Positions 53,380 to 63,913 of a stretch of 64,000 bases of DNA are shown one piece after another. The notes beneath the pieces were generated by a model, which was not told the DNA's origin, ran no database searches, and was given only the letters and a program-made list of their open reading frames with translations. Positions within the stretch are counted from its first letter, which is position 1; every line of letters starts with the position of its first letter. A program made the translations under genes and the position numbers. Source of the DNA: Actinomycetes bacterium (GTDB lineage Bacteria > Actinomycetota > Actinomycetes > S36-B12 > UBA5976); contig JAYQPE010000006.1 in assembly GCA_038145175.1 (NCBI GenBank), positions 2,346-66,345 of the forward strand, read 5' to 3'.

Positions 53380-54111
53380 ATGCCTCAATATCGCGATGAA
53401 GGAATTGTGCTTCGTACTCAAAGATTGGGGGAGGCAGATCGCATCGTCACGGTTTTAACAAAAAATAATGGCCGGGTTAGAGCAGTTGCTAAGGGTGTAA
53501 GAAAAACCACTTCACGTTTTGGCGCAAGAGTTGAACCTTTTGGTCATATTGATGCGCATTTTCATTTAGGTAAAAGTTTAGATATTTTGAGCCAAGTTGA
53601 ATCTTTATTTTCGTATGGCGCAATTTTGTCGCAAGATTATGCAAAATGGACAGCCGGACAAGCAATGCTTGAAACTACTGAGCATTTAACTCCAGAAGAA
53701 AAAGAACCTGCTACTCAGCAATATTTACTATTAATTGGTGCTTTGAGATCTTTAGTTAAGGGTGAACATGATCCAAATTTAATTTTGGATTCTTTCCTTT
53801 TGAGATCTTTAGCAATCTCTGGTTATGCTCCTTCTTTTTATGATTGTGCAAGATGTGATAAGTCAGGTCCACATAAAGCATTTTCAGTTGCAACTGGGGG
53901 TGCCGTTTGTGATGAATGTAAGCCCTCAGGTTCAGTCGTTCCATCCTTAGCAACATTTGAATTAATGTCTGCTTTGCTAATTGGAGATTGGATAGTTGCA
54001 GATGCTTCAGAGCCAAAAGCCAGACGAGAGGCAAGTGGCATAATTGCTGCATATTTACAATGGCATATTGAACGAGGAATCAGATCTTTAAGAATGGTGG
54101 AGAGAAAATAA
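53380..54111 (+). CDS. recO: DNA repair protein RecO
   Basis: LGEADRI, AVAKGVRK, C..C...C..C zinc finger. Confidence 0.95.
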   Translation: MPQYRDEGIVLRTQRLGEADRIVTVLTKNNGRVRAVAKGVRKTTSRFGARVEPFGHIDAHFHLGKSLDILSQVESLFSYGAILSQDYAKWTAGQAMLETTEHLTPEEKEPATQQYLLLIGALRSLVKGEHDPNLILDSFLLRSLAISGYAPSFYDCARCDKSGPHKAFSVATGGAVCDECKPSGSVVPSLATFELMSALLIGDWIVADASEPKARREASGIIAAYLQWHIERGIRSLRMVERK

Positions 54112-54894
54112 TTGGTTAAAAGTAGAAAAAAATTTCCACCTGTCCCAAAACATAAAACTGGTGTTAAACCACCGGCTATTTCATCAACATTTATTCCAAA
54201 CCATGTAGCAATTGTTATGGATGGAAATGGACGTTGGGCCAAAGAAAGAGGATTACCAAGAACTGCAGGACATGAAGCAGGAGAACTAGCCCTACTAGAT
54301 GCCGTTTATGGCGCCCTTGAAATTGGTGTTAAGTATTTAACTGTTTATGCATTTTCAACTGAAAATTGGAAAAGAAGTCCTGATGAAGTTAAATTCTTAA
54401 TGAATTTTAATCGAGAAGTAATTCACCGGCGAGTTGAAGAGATGAATCAATTTGGTATAAAAGTTAGATGGGCTGGCCGAGAAGCTAGACTTTGGAAAAG
54501 TGTAGTTGATGAACTTAAGAAAGCTGAAAGAAAAACTTCAAAAAATGATCAATTAACTTTGACCATGTGTGTTAATTACGGAGGAAGAGCCGAAATTGTC
54601 GATGCTGTAACTGAAATTGCTCGCGATGTTAAGGCACGAAAATTAAGACCAGATTCGATTTCTGAAAAGAAACTTAAAAAATATTTATATGAACCAAACA
54701 TGCCAGATGTTGATTTATTTTTAAGAACTTCAGGAGAACAAAGAACAAGTAACTTTTTATTGTGGCAATCGGCTTATGCAGAAATGGTTTTTATGGATGT
54801 TTTATGGCCAGATTTTGACAGAAGACATTTATGGCAGGCTATAGAAATTTATGCCAAACGAGAACGTCGTTTTGGCGATGCCAAGCCTAATTAA
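54112..54894 (+). CDS. uppS: Isoprenyl (cis-prenyl) transferase
   Basis: HVAIVMDGNGRWA, YAFSTENW.R, R.SGEQR.SNF.LWQ. Confidence 0.93.
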   Translation: MVKSRKKFPPVPKHKTGVKPPAISSTFIPNHVAIVMDGNGRWAKERGLPRTAGHEAGELALLDAVYGALEIGVKYLTVYAFSTENWKRSPDEVKFLMNFNREVIHRRVEEMNQFGIKVRWAGREARLWKSVVDELKKAERKTSKNDQLTLTMCVNYGGRAEIVDAVTEIARDVKARKLRPDSISEKKLKKYLYEPNMPDVDLFLRTSGEQRTSNFLLWQSAYAEMVFMDVLWPDFDRRHLWQAIEIYAKRERRFGDAKPN

Positions 54895-55280
54895 CGACAA
54901 TTCTTACAAAGCCCAAATATTTCTATAACATGGCCTGAAATTTGGTAATTATTCTCTTGAGCAATTCTTTGCATCAAATTTTCTATCTCTGAGGTATTAA
55001 ATTCACTGGTGGTTGCACATTTTGTGCAAACTAAATGATGATGGTGATTTTTACTACAAATTTTATATAAAGTCTCTCCATTTTCACTTTTTAAACTATC
55101 AACTAATCCAGTTTCAGATAAGGCTTGCAAAGTTCTGTAAACAGTAGCAAGTCCTATTTTTTCTCCTCTAGAAACCAGCAATTTGTGCACTTCTTGAGCA
55201 GAACTAAATTTGGTAATTGATAGTAATAAATCAGAAATTGCTTTTCTTTGCTTGGTATTTTTAGTTAAAACACTATTCAA
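54891..55280 (-). CDS. zur: Fur-family regulator, probably Zur
   Basis: IGLATVYR.L, HHHHLVC..C, C..C C-terminus; AGGAG followed by TTG at 55280; next to uppS like actinobacterial zur. Confidence 0.82.
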   Translation of the reverse strand: MNSVLTKNTKQRKAISDLLLSITKFSSAQEVHKLLVSRGEKIGLATVYRTLQALSETGLVDSLKSENGETLYKICSKNHHHHLVCTKCATTSEFNTSEIENLMQRIAQENNYQISGHVIEIFGLCKNCR

Positions 55281-55282
55281 AG

Positions 55283-56023
55283 TTATTCTCCTAAATTCCC
55301 AATAATTAACCACATTGCAACAACACCAATTACTGTTGAAAGCATAGTTAATTTAGATGGATGTTTTGAATGAGCTTCTGGCAAAATATGTGATGTGGCA
55401 AGATAAATTATGATTCCAGAAAATGCAGCTAAATAAATTCCAATAGTTGCCTCACTTATTACTAGAGCACTACCAACAATTGCGCCACCTATCCTCATGA
55501 CTGCATCAACACTTAAAAGTGCAAAACCTGATCGTGACCATTTACCACTTTTAATTAGAAGAGAGACAGTGTTTAAACCATCACTAAATGCATGAGCTAA
55601 AAGTGCAATAAAAACGGTTATTCCTAATGCGGCACTGACTTGAAAGGCGATTCCCAAAGCTATGCCGTCTAAGAAAACATGCCCTGCCATTCCTAGCGCA
55701 CCCAGACCACCTGCAAAATTTATTGGATGCTTATGACCTGAAAATTCAGATTCTGTAGCTTCGTGCGATCCAAAAGTTTTTTCTAAAAAGTGAACTGCTA
55801 AAAACCCGACTACCAAAGATATTGAGACGACTTGTACGCCAGCAAAACTATTTGTGTTCATTTCAAATATTTCAGGTAATAGATCAAATGCCACAAGGCC
55901 AAGCAGTAAACCTGCGGAAAGTCCTAAAACAAGATGAAGGCGATCTTTACCTTTAAGCGCTAATAGACCTCCTAAAAATGTGGCCACAACTGTGATGGCG
56001 GCTAAGAGGATTGGGGTAATCAT
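55283..56023 (-). CDS. ZIP-family (ZupT-like) metal transporter
   Basis: Polytopic; DLLPE, H.FLDG, H.FSDG, ILPEAH metal motifs. Confidence 0.88.
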   Translation of the reverse strand: MITPILLAAITVVATFLGGLLALKGKDRLHLVLGLSAGLLLGLVAFDLLPEIFEMNTNSFAGVQVVSISLVVGFLAVHFLEKTFGSHEATESEFSGHKHPINFAGGLGALGMAGHVFLDGIALGIAFQVSAALGITVFIALLAHAFSDGLNTVSLLIKSGKWSRSGFALLSVDAVMRIGGAIVGSALVISEATIGIYLAAFSGIIIYLATSHILPEAHSKHPSKLTMLSTVIGVVAMWLIIGNLGE

Positions 56024-56049
56024 GAAAGTCTCCTTTATTGGTTACTTTC

Positions 56050-56080
56050 AAGTTATCTTAAATGAGAATGATTGTCAATA
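56050..56080 (-). promoter_or_regulatory. Sigma70-type promoter overlapped by a Zur/Fur box
   Basis: Minus strand TTGACA-N17-TAACTT; 7-1-7 palindrome TGACAAT-C-ATTCTCA (56063-56077) overlaps the -35 and spacer. Confidence 0.8.
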
Positions 56081-56383
56081 TCAAATTGAGGTAAATCTTG
56101 AGAAAGATGCATAAAGTAAAAGCCCTATAACCAAAATGCGAAGCAATCTTGAAGTTGGCACCAAAATCATCCACGAAAGAATCAAAAGCCAACCAAGAAA
56201 AAGTGCTATGAACATTAATGCGAAAAATCCAATCCAAAATCCCCAAGCTTCATTTGGGTTTGCAAGTAATCCAACTAAAAGTAGAAAAGTCATCAAAATG
56301 GGAATAACCCATCGAGGCAAAGCGTGTAACCGAACTAGAAATGGAGAACTAACTTTTGCCACATACTTTTGAAAGTCTGACAC
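56081..56383 (-). CDS. Small membrane protein (possibly DUF6703-like)
   Basis: S.P.LVRL..LPRW, three hydrophobic segments, LSW...P..R.LR; GAGG RBS. Confidence 0.65.
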   Translation of the reverse strand: MSDFQKYVAKVSSPFLVRLHALPRWVIPILMTFLLLVGLLANPNEAWGFWIGFFALMFIALFLGWLLILSWMILVPTSRLLRILVIGLLLYASFSRFTSI

Positions 56384-56432
56384 TTTAAGCCTCTCTGACT
56401 AAAACCCCTCGTCACCCTCTAGTCTGACGGAT

Positions 56433-56753
56433 ATGTTCGTAATTACTCAACATCAACCTGCAAATAGTGACGACTTCTTACAACTTGTAGAGGTCATGAC
56501 TGAGCAATTATCAAAAGAACCAGGTTTTATTAGATTGTCAGTAACAAGATCGGTTGATGAGCCAAGTACCTGGAAAATAGTGCAAGAGTGGGAGCAAATT
56601 GGTGATGCTCGCAGAGCAGTTAATTCATCAAAAAACAGAATGATTGTTTGGCCAGTTTTGTCCCAAGCACAAAATGAAGTTAGTTTTTTTGAGACTTTAG
56701 TTGAATATAAAGATGGTAAAAGTTCAATTTTTAAGTCAGGACTTAGCCAGTAA
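56433..56753 (+). CDS. Antibiotic biosynthesis monooxygenase-like protein
   Basis: PGF.....RSVDEP..W....EW pattern; usual neighbour of glyQS. Confidence 0.7.
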   Translation: MFVITQHQPANSDDFLQLVEVMTEQLSKEPGFIRLSVTRSVDEPSTWKIVQEWEQIGDARRAVNSSKNRMIVWPVLSQAQNEVSFFETLVEYKDGKSSIFKSGLSQ

Positions 56754-56807
56754 TAAAGCTGGTTTTAAGTAGGCTTAGGAAAGATCAATAAATGGATATG
56801 AGGGTTA

Positions 56808-58187
56808 ATGCCAATAGATAAAGTAGAAGCAGTCGTTAATCTGTGTAAACGACGTGGCTTTGTTTATCCCTCAAGTGAAATCTATGGAGGCACAAGATCT
56901 GCTTGGGACTATGGACCCTTGGGAGTTGCTTTAAAGGAAAACGTTAGAACTCAATGGTGGAATGCCATGGTTAAATCTAGGGAAGATGTAGTTGGACTTG
57001 ATTCATCAATAATTCTTGCTCCTCAAGTTTGGCAAGCATCAGGACACGTAGATGCATTTGTTGATCCATTAACTGAATGTAAAAAATGCCATAAAAGATA
57101 TAGAGCAGATCAATTAATTGAAAACTATGAAAACAAACATAAAAAAACTCCCGCAAACGGTTTAGCAGATATAGCTTGTGCCAACTGTGGCACAAAAGGT
57201 GAATTCACTGCAGAAAGAATGTTTAACGGAATGCTCACAACTTCAATAGGAATCGCAGAAGATGATGGAGCCCTGCACTATCTAAGACCAGAAACTGCCC
57301 AAGGCATTTTTGTCAATTTCAATAATGTTTTAACAACATCAAGAAAAAAACCACCTTTTGGTATAGCCCAAATTGGTAAATCTTTTAGAAATGAAATCAC
57401 ACCTGGAAATTTTATTTTTAGAACCAGAGAATTTGAGCAAATGGAATTAGAGTTTTTTGTTAAACCAGGAGAAGATGAAAAGTGGCATGAATATTGGTTA
57501 GAGCAAAGATGGAATTGGTATGTGGGACTTGGTATAAAAGAAAATAATTTAAGAAAGTTTGAACATCCAAAAGAAAAATTATCTCACTATGCAAAAAGAA
57601 CTGTAGATATAGAATACAAATTTGATTTTTCAGGTTCTGAATGGGCAGAATTAGAAGGAATAGCAAACAGAACTGATTATGATTTAAAAACTCACAGTCA
57701 AGCAAGCGGAAAAGATTTAGTTTTTTTTGATCAAGAATCAAATGAAAAATACATTCCCTACGTTATAGAACCTTCCGCTGGTTTAACCAGAGCCGTCTTA
57801 GCATTTTTATTAGATGCCTATGATGAAGACGAAGCACCAAATTCAAAAGGCGGCATTGATAAAAGAACAGTTCTTAGATTTGATCCAAGATTAGCTCCAA
57901 TAAAAGTGGTCGTATTACCACTTTCTCGAGATGAAAAACTAAGTCCATTAGCAAAAAAAATTGCCCAAGATTTAAGAAAAAACTACATGGTGGAATTTGA
58001 CGATTCAGGAGCAATCGGTAGAAGATATAGAAGAGCAGATGAAATTGGTACTCCATTTGCAGTCACGGTTGATTTTGATTCATTAGATGATAATTGTGTA
58101 ACAATTAGAGAACGAGATTCGATGAAACAAGAACGAGTCAGCATAAAAGAATTACCAGATTGGTTAGCACAAAGACTTTCCGTTTAA
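56808..58187 (+). CDS. glyQS: Glycine--tRNA ligase (alpha2 type)
   Basis: [37 protein letters not shown]. Confidence 0.96.
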   Translation: MPIDKVEAVVNLCKRRGFVYPSSEIYGGTRSAWDYGPLGVALKENVRTQWWNAMVKSREDVVGLDSSIILAPQVWQASGHVDAFVDPLTECKKCHKRYRADQLIENYENKHKKTPANGLADIACANCGTKGEFTAERMFNGMLTTSIGIAEDDGALHYLRPETAQGIFVNFNNVLTTSRKKPPFGIAQIGKSFRNEITPGNFIFRTREFEQMELEFFVKPGEDEKWHEYWLEQRWNWYVGLGIKENNLRKFEHPKEKLSHYAKRTVDIEYKFDFSGSEWAELEGIANRTDYDLKTHSQASGKDLVFFDQESNEKYIPYVIEPSAGLTRAVLAFLLDAYDEDEAPNSKGGIDKRTVLRFDPRLAPIKVVVLPLSRDEKLSPLAKKIAQDLRKNYMVEFDDSGAIGRRYRRADEIGTPFAVTVDFDSLDDNCVTIRERDSMKQERVSIKELPDWLAQRLSV

Positions 58188-58200
58188 AATTAGTTAATAG

Positions 58201-59361
58201 ATGAAATTAGTTACTTCAAGATTTGTTGTTGATCCTCCAGTTGTCCTGGCCCCAATGGCAGGAATTACAAATCAAGCATTTAGAAGACTGTGCAGAGAAT
58301 ATGGTGCTGGCTTATATGTAAGTGAAATGGTTACAAGTAGAGCTTTAATTGAAAGATCACCGGAAACAATTCGAATGGTTACACCTGATAAAGATGAAAA
58401 TATTAAAAGTGTTCAACTCTATGGTGTTGATCCGGAAGTCATGTCGAAAGCTGTTGAGTTATTAATTAGAGAAAATAGGGCTGATCATATTGATTTGAAT
58501 ATGGGTTGCCCTGTTCCAAAGGTAACTAAAAAAGGTGGTGGAGCAGCTCTTCCTTGGAAAAAAGATTTATTTAGAGAAATATTAAAAAGTGCGGTTGATA
58601 CTTCAAATAAGGTAACAAAAGAATTAAATCTAAAATCTGTCCCAATTACGGTAAAAATGCGTATGGGCATAGATGATGAGCATTTGACTTATATTGACGC
58701 TGCAAAAACTGCAGTAGATGTTGGAATTACCTGGATTGCATTACATGCAAGAACTGCAGAACAAATGTACTCAGGAAATGCATCCTGGTTAGATATTAAA
58801 AAATTAGTAAATGAATTAAAAGGAAGTAAAGTTCCTATTCTTGGAAATGGTGACATCTGGTCTGCTCAAGATGCATTAAGAATGATTGCAGAAACAGGGT
58901 GCGATGGAGTTGTGGTTGGTCGTGGTTGTCTTGGAAGACCTTGGTTATTTGGACAATTAAGTGCAGCTTTTCAAGGAAAAGAAATACCTCAAGATCCAGA
59001 TTTAGAGCAAATTTCATTAATCATTAAAAGACATGCAACATTACTTTGTGAACTTTATGGTGAATACAAAGGTATTAGGGATATTCGAAAACATATGGCT
59101 TGGTATTTAAAAGGATTCTCAGTTGGAAATCAACTTAGAACTTCACTTGCCATGGTTGAAAGTTTAGAACAACTAGATTTTTTACTTGAAAAATTAGACA
59201 AAAATCAATCTTTTCCAGAAATGGTACAAGATAAACCAAGAGGACGAGTCGGTTCAAGAAAAAAAGTATCACTTCCTCATAATTGGCTAACTTCTAGAGA
59301 AGTAAATAAAGAACAAGAAAAAGATCTTAGATTTGCTGAACTTTCAGTCAGTGGTGGATAG
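58201..59361 (+). CDS. dusB: tRNA-dihydrouridine synthase
   Basis: LAPMAG, DLNMGCP, HART, GNGDI, GRG.LG.PW. Confidence 0.92.
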   Translation: MKLVTSRFVVDPPVVLAPMAGITNQAFRRLCREYGAGLYVSEMVTSRALIERSPETIRMVTPDKDENIKSVQLYGVDPEVMSKAVELLIRENRADHIDLNMGCPVPKVTKKGGGAALPWKKDLFREILKSAVDTSNKVTKELNLKSVPITVKMRMGIDDEHLTYIDAAKTAVDVGITWIALHARTAEQMYSGNASWLDIKKLVNELKGSKVPILGNGDIWSAQDALRMIAETGCDGVVVGRGCLGRPWLFGQLSAAFQGKEIPQDPDLEQISLIIKRHATLLCELYGEYKGIRDIRKHMAWYLKGFSVGNQLRTSLAMVESLEQLDFLLEKLDKNQSFPEMVQDKPRGRVGSRKKVSLPHNWLTSREVNKEQEKDLRFAELSVSGG

Positions 59362-59991
59362 TTGTTTTTATTAAAATTTACTTTTAAGTTAGTTAAAATT
59401 CTTATTTATCTTGCTATTTTTATTAGCCTACTTTTTTTGTTTTATCATTCATACGGAGTTTATTCATCAAGTAAAGTACATTCTGTTGAAAAAACTGATG
59501 CAATAATTGTGCTTGGAGCCGCTCAATTTAACGGTCAACCATCACCAGTTTTTCAATCAAGATTAGATCATGCAGTTGAACTTTTTAACGAAAAAATTTC
59601 AAACACAATTATTACTGTAGGTGGAAAGCAAAAAGGTGATAAATTCACAGAAGCTGAAGCTGGGAAAAAATACTTGTCTCAATTTATTGCAAAAGAAAAT
59701 ATTCTTTCCATCAAAGATGGCAAAGATACTTTAGAAAGTTTTGAATTAATCAGGGAAAAATATCCTGATTTAAATAAAGTAACTTTAGTCTCAGATCCCG
59801 CACATTTATGGAGAAGTAAACTAATGGCTGAAGATCTAAATTTCGAAGTTTTTCTCTCAAGTACTACTCAAGGGCCTGGGAGTAAATTGACTACTGAATA
59901 TTTTATTCGAGAATTTGTTGCCTCAATGAGGTATAACTTCATGCACAATTTTCCAAGTCAGTGGGATTTACTAAAGTCAATATTGGTATGA
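59362..59991 (+). CDS. YdcF/DUF218 family membrane-anchored protein
   Basis: TM anchor; DAIIVLGAAQ, RLDHA, TEAE, VSDP.H..R. Confidence 0.85.
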   Translation: MFLLKFTFKLVKILIYLAIFISLLFLFYHSYGVYSSSKVHSVEKTDAIIVLGAAQFNGQPSPVFQSRLDHAVELFNEKISNTIITVGGKQKGDKFTEAEAGKKYLSQFIAKENILSIKDGKDTLESFELIREKYPDLNKVTLVSDPAHLWRSKLMAEDLNFEVFLSSTTQGPGSKLTTEYFIREFVASMRYNFMHNFPSQWDLLKSILV

Positions 59992-61226
59992 AATTTGATG
60001 ATGACCAATTATCACCTGGCTATGAACCATTTGATGAAGAACGATTTGTGAATGAGCCACCGAAGCGACATGGTAGAAGAGCATTTGCCAGAGATAAAGC
60101 AAGGGTTTTACATTCATCTGGATTAAGAAGACTTGCTGCTAAAACACAAGTGATGACTGCAGGAGCAGATGATTTTCCAAGAACAAGACTTACACATACT
60201 TTAGAAGTTGCCCAAATTGGAAGAGAACTTGGAGAGACTTTAGGTTGCGATCCTGATTTAGTTGAAACAGCATGTTTGGCACATGATTTAGGCCATCCAC
60301 CATTTGGCCATAACGGGGAAGAAGCTCTACATAAATTAAGTAAAGATTTTGGTGGATTTGAGGGAAACGCTCAAACTTTTAGGATATTAACTCGTTTAGA
60401 GTCAAAAACTTTTAAAAATGAAAAATCAATTGGATTAAATTTGACAAGGGCAACACTTGATGCCACAACGAAATATCCATGGGGTTTTGATGAAGAAACA
60501 CAAAAATTTGGTTTTTACGATCAAGATAAAGAAATTTTTCAATGGGTAAGAAAAAATATAAAAACACAAGATAAATCCTTCGAAACACAAGTCATGGATA
60601 TTGCAGATGATATTGCTTATAGCGTGCATGACATAGAGGATGCAATTTATGCAAATCATTTAAATATGGAAATACATACAAATACTAAAGACAGACAAGC
60701 GATAGTTGAATTGGCAAAAAGTGATTATGCAAAAGAATTAAATTTAGAAATATTGGAAGAGACTTTTGATGAATTAGTTGCTCAAGAGTGGTGGTTAAAA
60801 AAATTTACACCCGCTCAAATTGATTTGGCAAAATTAAAAAATATGACTAGTCACTTAATTGGTAAATTTACTGAAGAAATTGAATTCGCAACAAAAAGTG
60901 TATATAAAGATCAGATTCTAACTCGATATAACGCAAATTTAATTGTGCCAGAAAAAACTAGAGCTACGATTGCGATTTTGAAATCCATTGTTAATCTCTA
61001 CGTAATGCAACGCAAAGGGGCTAAAGAAAAATATGCAAAAGAGCAAGAAGTTATCTTTAGAATTTATGAGGGTTTACTTAACAATCCAGAAAGACTTTTA
61101 CCTCAATTTAGAGACAATTTAAAAACTGCACAAAATTCAAGTGAGCAAAACCGTGTCTTTATTGACCAAATTGCAAGCCTCACAGATGCTTCAGCCATCC
61201 GACTATTTAATGAATTTGTAGGCTAA
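59988..61226 (+). CDS. dgt: Deoxyguanosinetriphosphate triphosphohydrolase-like HD protein
   Basis: RRL..KTQV, RTRLTH.LEV, HDLGHPPFGH.GE, ADDIAY; ATGA overlap at 59988. Confidence 0.93.
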   Translation: MKFDDDQLSPGYEPFDEERFVNEPPKRHGRRAFARDKARVLHSSGLRRLAAKTQVMTAGADDFPRTRLTHTLEVAQIGRELGETLGCDPDLVETACLAHDLGHPPFGHNGEEALHKLSKDFGGFEGNAQTFRILTRLESKTFKNEKSIGLNLTRATLDATTKYPWGFDEETQKFGFYDQDKEIFQWVRKNIKTQDKSFETQVMDIADDIAYSVHDIEDAIYANHLNMEIHTNTKDRQAIVELAKSDYAKELNLEILEETFDELVAQEWWLKKFTPAQIDLAKLKNMTSHLIGKFTEEIEFATKSVYKDQILTRYNANLIVPEKTRATIAILKSIVNLYVMQRKGAKEKYAKEQEVIFRIYEGLLNNPERLLPQFRDNLKTAQNSSEQNRVFIDQIASLTDASAIRLFNEFVG

Positions 61227-61231
61227 GACAT

Positions 61232-63043
61232 ATGTCTGGACGAATTAGAAACGATGATATTGCTTTAGTTCGAGATAAGTCTCGAATAGATGAAGTAGTT
61301 AGAGAACATGTTGCATTAAAAAGTGCAGGAAGTTCTCTTAAAGGATTATGTCCTTTTCATGATGAAAAAACACCTTCTTTTCACGTGACGCCTTCTAAAG
61401 GATTTTGGTATTGCTTTGGTTGCGGAGAAGGAGGAGATGTCTTTAGTTTTATTCAAAAAGTTGAACATTCAACTTTTAGCGAATCAGTGGAAAAGTTGGC
61501 AAATAAATATAATATTGCACTTCGATATGAAGAAAATTTCACTAATCCTAATACAGGACAAAGAAGTAAAATCCTTGAAGCAAATAAATTAGCATCTGAG
61601 TTTTATCAAAAAAATCTTGAATCTTCAGAAGCTGAAATTGGTAGAAAATTTCTAAAAGAACGTGGCTTTGATAAAAATGCTGCTTTGCTTTTCAATATTG
61701 GTTATGCAAATAAGAATTGGGATAATTTAACAAAATATTTACAACAAAAAGGATTCACAGAGCAGGAATTAGTTCTTGCAGGTCTTTCAATTACTGGTCA
61801 AAAAGGAACTTATGATCGATTTAGGGGAAGATTAATATGGCCGATAAAGGATGCCAGCGGCGAAGTCGTTGGTTTTGGCGCTAGAAGATTATTTGATGAC
61901 GATCAAGGTCCAAAATATTTAAATACCCCAGAAACTTTAGTTTACAAAAAAAGTCAAGTTCTTTACGGATTAGATCAAGCAAAAAAAGAAATAACTTATA
62001 AGAAACAGGTTGTAATTGTAGAGGGATATACAGATGTTATGGCTTGTCATTTATCTGGAGTAAAAACTGCTGTAGCAACTTGCGGAACAGCATTTGGTGA
62101 AGATCACGCAAGAATTCTTAGAAGATTTTTGATGGATGAAGAGCAATTTACCGGAGAAATTATTTACACGTTTGACGGTGACGAAGCTGGCCAAAAAGCA
62201 GCATTAAAAGCTTTTAATTTAGATCAAACATTTTCAACTCGTACTTTTGTAGCAATAGAAAAAAATGGATTAGATCCTTGCGAATTAAGACAAAAAAGTG
62301 GAAATGATGCAATTGTTGCTTTAATAGCTGCAAAAGTTCCACTATTTGAATTTGTGATTAAGACTGCTATTTCTAAATTTGATTTAAATAATGCCGAAGG
62401 TAGAGTTCTTGCATTAAAAGCAGCAGCTCCAATTGTCTCTAATATTAAAGATAAAGCTTTAAAACCTGAGTACATAAGACTTTTATCTGGTTGGTTAGGA
62501 ATTGAAATTAATTCCGTTGAACAGGCAGTGAAAGATAATAATCGACAAATTAGAAATGTAGCTACAACTGCAAAAGTCGATCAAAACAATAAAGAAAACA
62601 TAGAATCTAGTATTGAAAAAGAAGCACTTAAACTAATTTTTCAATTTCCACTACTTGTATCGGACTGGATAAACCAAGTAAACGTAGAAACCTTTACCCA
62701 ATTAAAATTTAGGGATTTGTTTGAAGTCGTAGATAAGATGAACCTAAATGAAGATTTAATTACAAAAATATTAGAGAAAAATGAAGATGAGGAATTTAAA
62801 AATTTAATTGCTGCATTAAGTGTAGAGGATTTTAAAGCAGAGGTGGATAAAAAATATGTAGATTCAATTTTTGCTCGATTACTTGAATTAAGTACTTCAA
62901 GAACTATTGCAGACCTAAAGAGTCAATTACAAAGACTTGAACCTGAAACAAATACTAAGGATCACGATAAGTTGTTCAAGGACTTACTAGAACTAGAGGA
63001 ATATCGAAGAGCACTTCGAGAAAAGGCTATGGGAACTTCTTGA
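61232..63043 (+). CDS. dnaG: DNA primase
   Basis: CPFH.EKTPSF..C.GC, KYLN.PET, VEGY.DV, FDGD.AG. Confidence 0.97.
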   Translation: MSGRIRNDDIALVRDKSRIDEVVREHVALKSAGSSLKGLCPFHDEKTPSFHVTPSKGFWYCFGCGEGGDVFSFIQKVEHSTFSESVEKLANKYNIALRYEENFTNPNTGQRSKILEANKLASEFYQKNLESSEAEIGRKFLKERGFDKNAALLFNIGYANKNWDNLTKYLQQKGFTEQELVLAGLSITGQKGTYDRFRGRLIWPIKDASGEVVGFGARRLFDDDQGPKYLNTPETLVYKKSQVLYGLDQAKKEITYKKQVVIVEGYTDVMACHLSGVKTAVATCGTAFGEDHARILRRFLMDEEQFTGEIIYTFDGDEAGQKAALKAFNLDQTFSTRTFVAIEKNGLDPCELRQKSGNDAIVALIAAKVPLFEFVIKTAISKFDLNNAEGRVLALKAAAPIVSNIKDKALKPEYIRLLSGWLGIEINSVEQAVKDNNRQIRNVATTAKVDQNNKENIESSIEKEALKLIFQFPLLVSDWINQVNVETFTQLKFRDLFEVVDKMNLNEDLITKILEKNEDEEFKNLIAALSVEDFKAEVDKKYVDSIFARLLELSTSRTIADLKSQLQRLEPETNTKDHDKLFKDLLELEEYRRALREKAMGTS

Positions 63044-63107
63044 TTAGTGGCCACTTATTTATAAACAAAGCACAACTTGGTAAGTTTGAACTTACGCTAA
63101 AAGTTAT

Positions 63108-63180
63108 TCCCGCATAGCTCAATTGGCAGAGCACTCGACTGTTAATCGAGTGGTTCCTGGTTCGAGTCCAGGTGCGGGAG
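63108..63180 (+). tRNA. tRNA-Asn (GTT)
   Basis: TCCCGCA/TGCGGGA acceptor stem; CTCGA-CTGTTAA-TCGAG anticodon arm; GGTTCGAGTCC. Confidence 0.97.
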
Positions 63181-63205
63181 CAGAAAATATGGTTAGAGAA
63201 AACTA

Positions 63206-63913
63206 ATGCCAGGAAAAATAGCTCTTGTGGGATCTGGGGAGTGGCTTCCTGTGATGTTGGAAGTTGAAAGAGAACTATTTGAAAATCAAAAACCTGTGTA
63301 TGTCCAATTATCAACAGCTGCAGGATTAGAAGGAGAAAAAAGATTAAATCATTGGAAAGAACTAGGTTTTGAGCAATCAAAAAGATTAGGTGTTGAACAA
63401 AGATGGCTTCCAGTTTTTGATGAACAGTCTGCAAATAATTTTGAAATAGTTGAACAAATTAAAGATGCCGGAGTAATTTATTTAAGCGGGGGAGATCCTA
63501 CCTATCTTTCCGAATCATTAAGAAATTCTTTAGTTTGGGACGAAATTGTTTCTAAGTGGCAAAGCGGTGTGTCGATTGCTGGTTGCAGTGCTGGTGCAAT
63601 GGCTTTTACCGATTGGGTTCCCACTATGAAAATAAAATTAAACAGAAAAGATCAACACGTAAAAGGTTTAGGTTTACTTCCACATTTAAGAGTGATTCCG
63701 CATTTTGATCGTATGCTTGGTTGGATACCTGATTTATTGACTAGATATTTACTCAATACTCCAGAGAATGTGACATTACTTGGGATTGATGAAGACACCG
63801 CCTTAATAGGGGATGGGCATAATTGGAAAGTTAAAGGAAGACAATCAGTTTGGGTATTGACGAAAAATGGTAGAAAAGAATTTAAAACAGGAGAAAACTT
63901 AATTACTAATTAG
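63206..63913 (+). CDS. Peptidase S51 family (cyanophycinase/dipeptidase E-like)
   Basis: YLSGGD, GCSAGA nucleophile motif, IPHF, GIDEDTA. Confidence 0.82.
   Translation: MPGKIALVGSGEWLPVMLEVERELFENQKPVYVQLSTAAGLEGEKRLNHWKELGFEQSKRLGVEQRWLPVFDEQSANNFEIVEQIKDAGVIYLSGGDPTYLSESLRNSLVWDEIVSKWQSGVSIAGCSAGAMAFTDWVPTMKIKLNRKDQHVKGLGLLPHLRVIPHFDRMLGWIPDLLTRYLLNTPENVTLLGIDEDTALIGDGHNWKVKGRQSVWVLTKNGRKEFKTGENLITN

Noticed and set aside
63027-63434. 135-aa minus-strand ORF
   Set aside because: Antisense to tRNA-Asn and the S51 peptidase; no coding features
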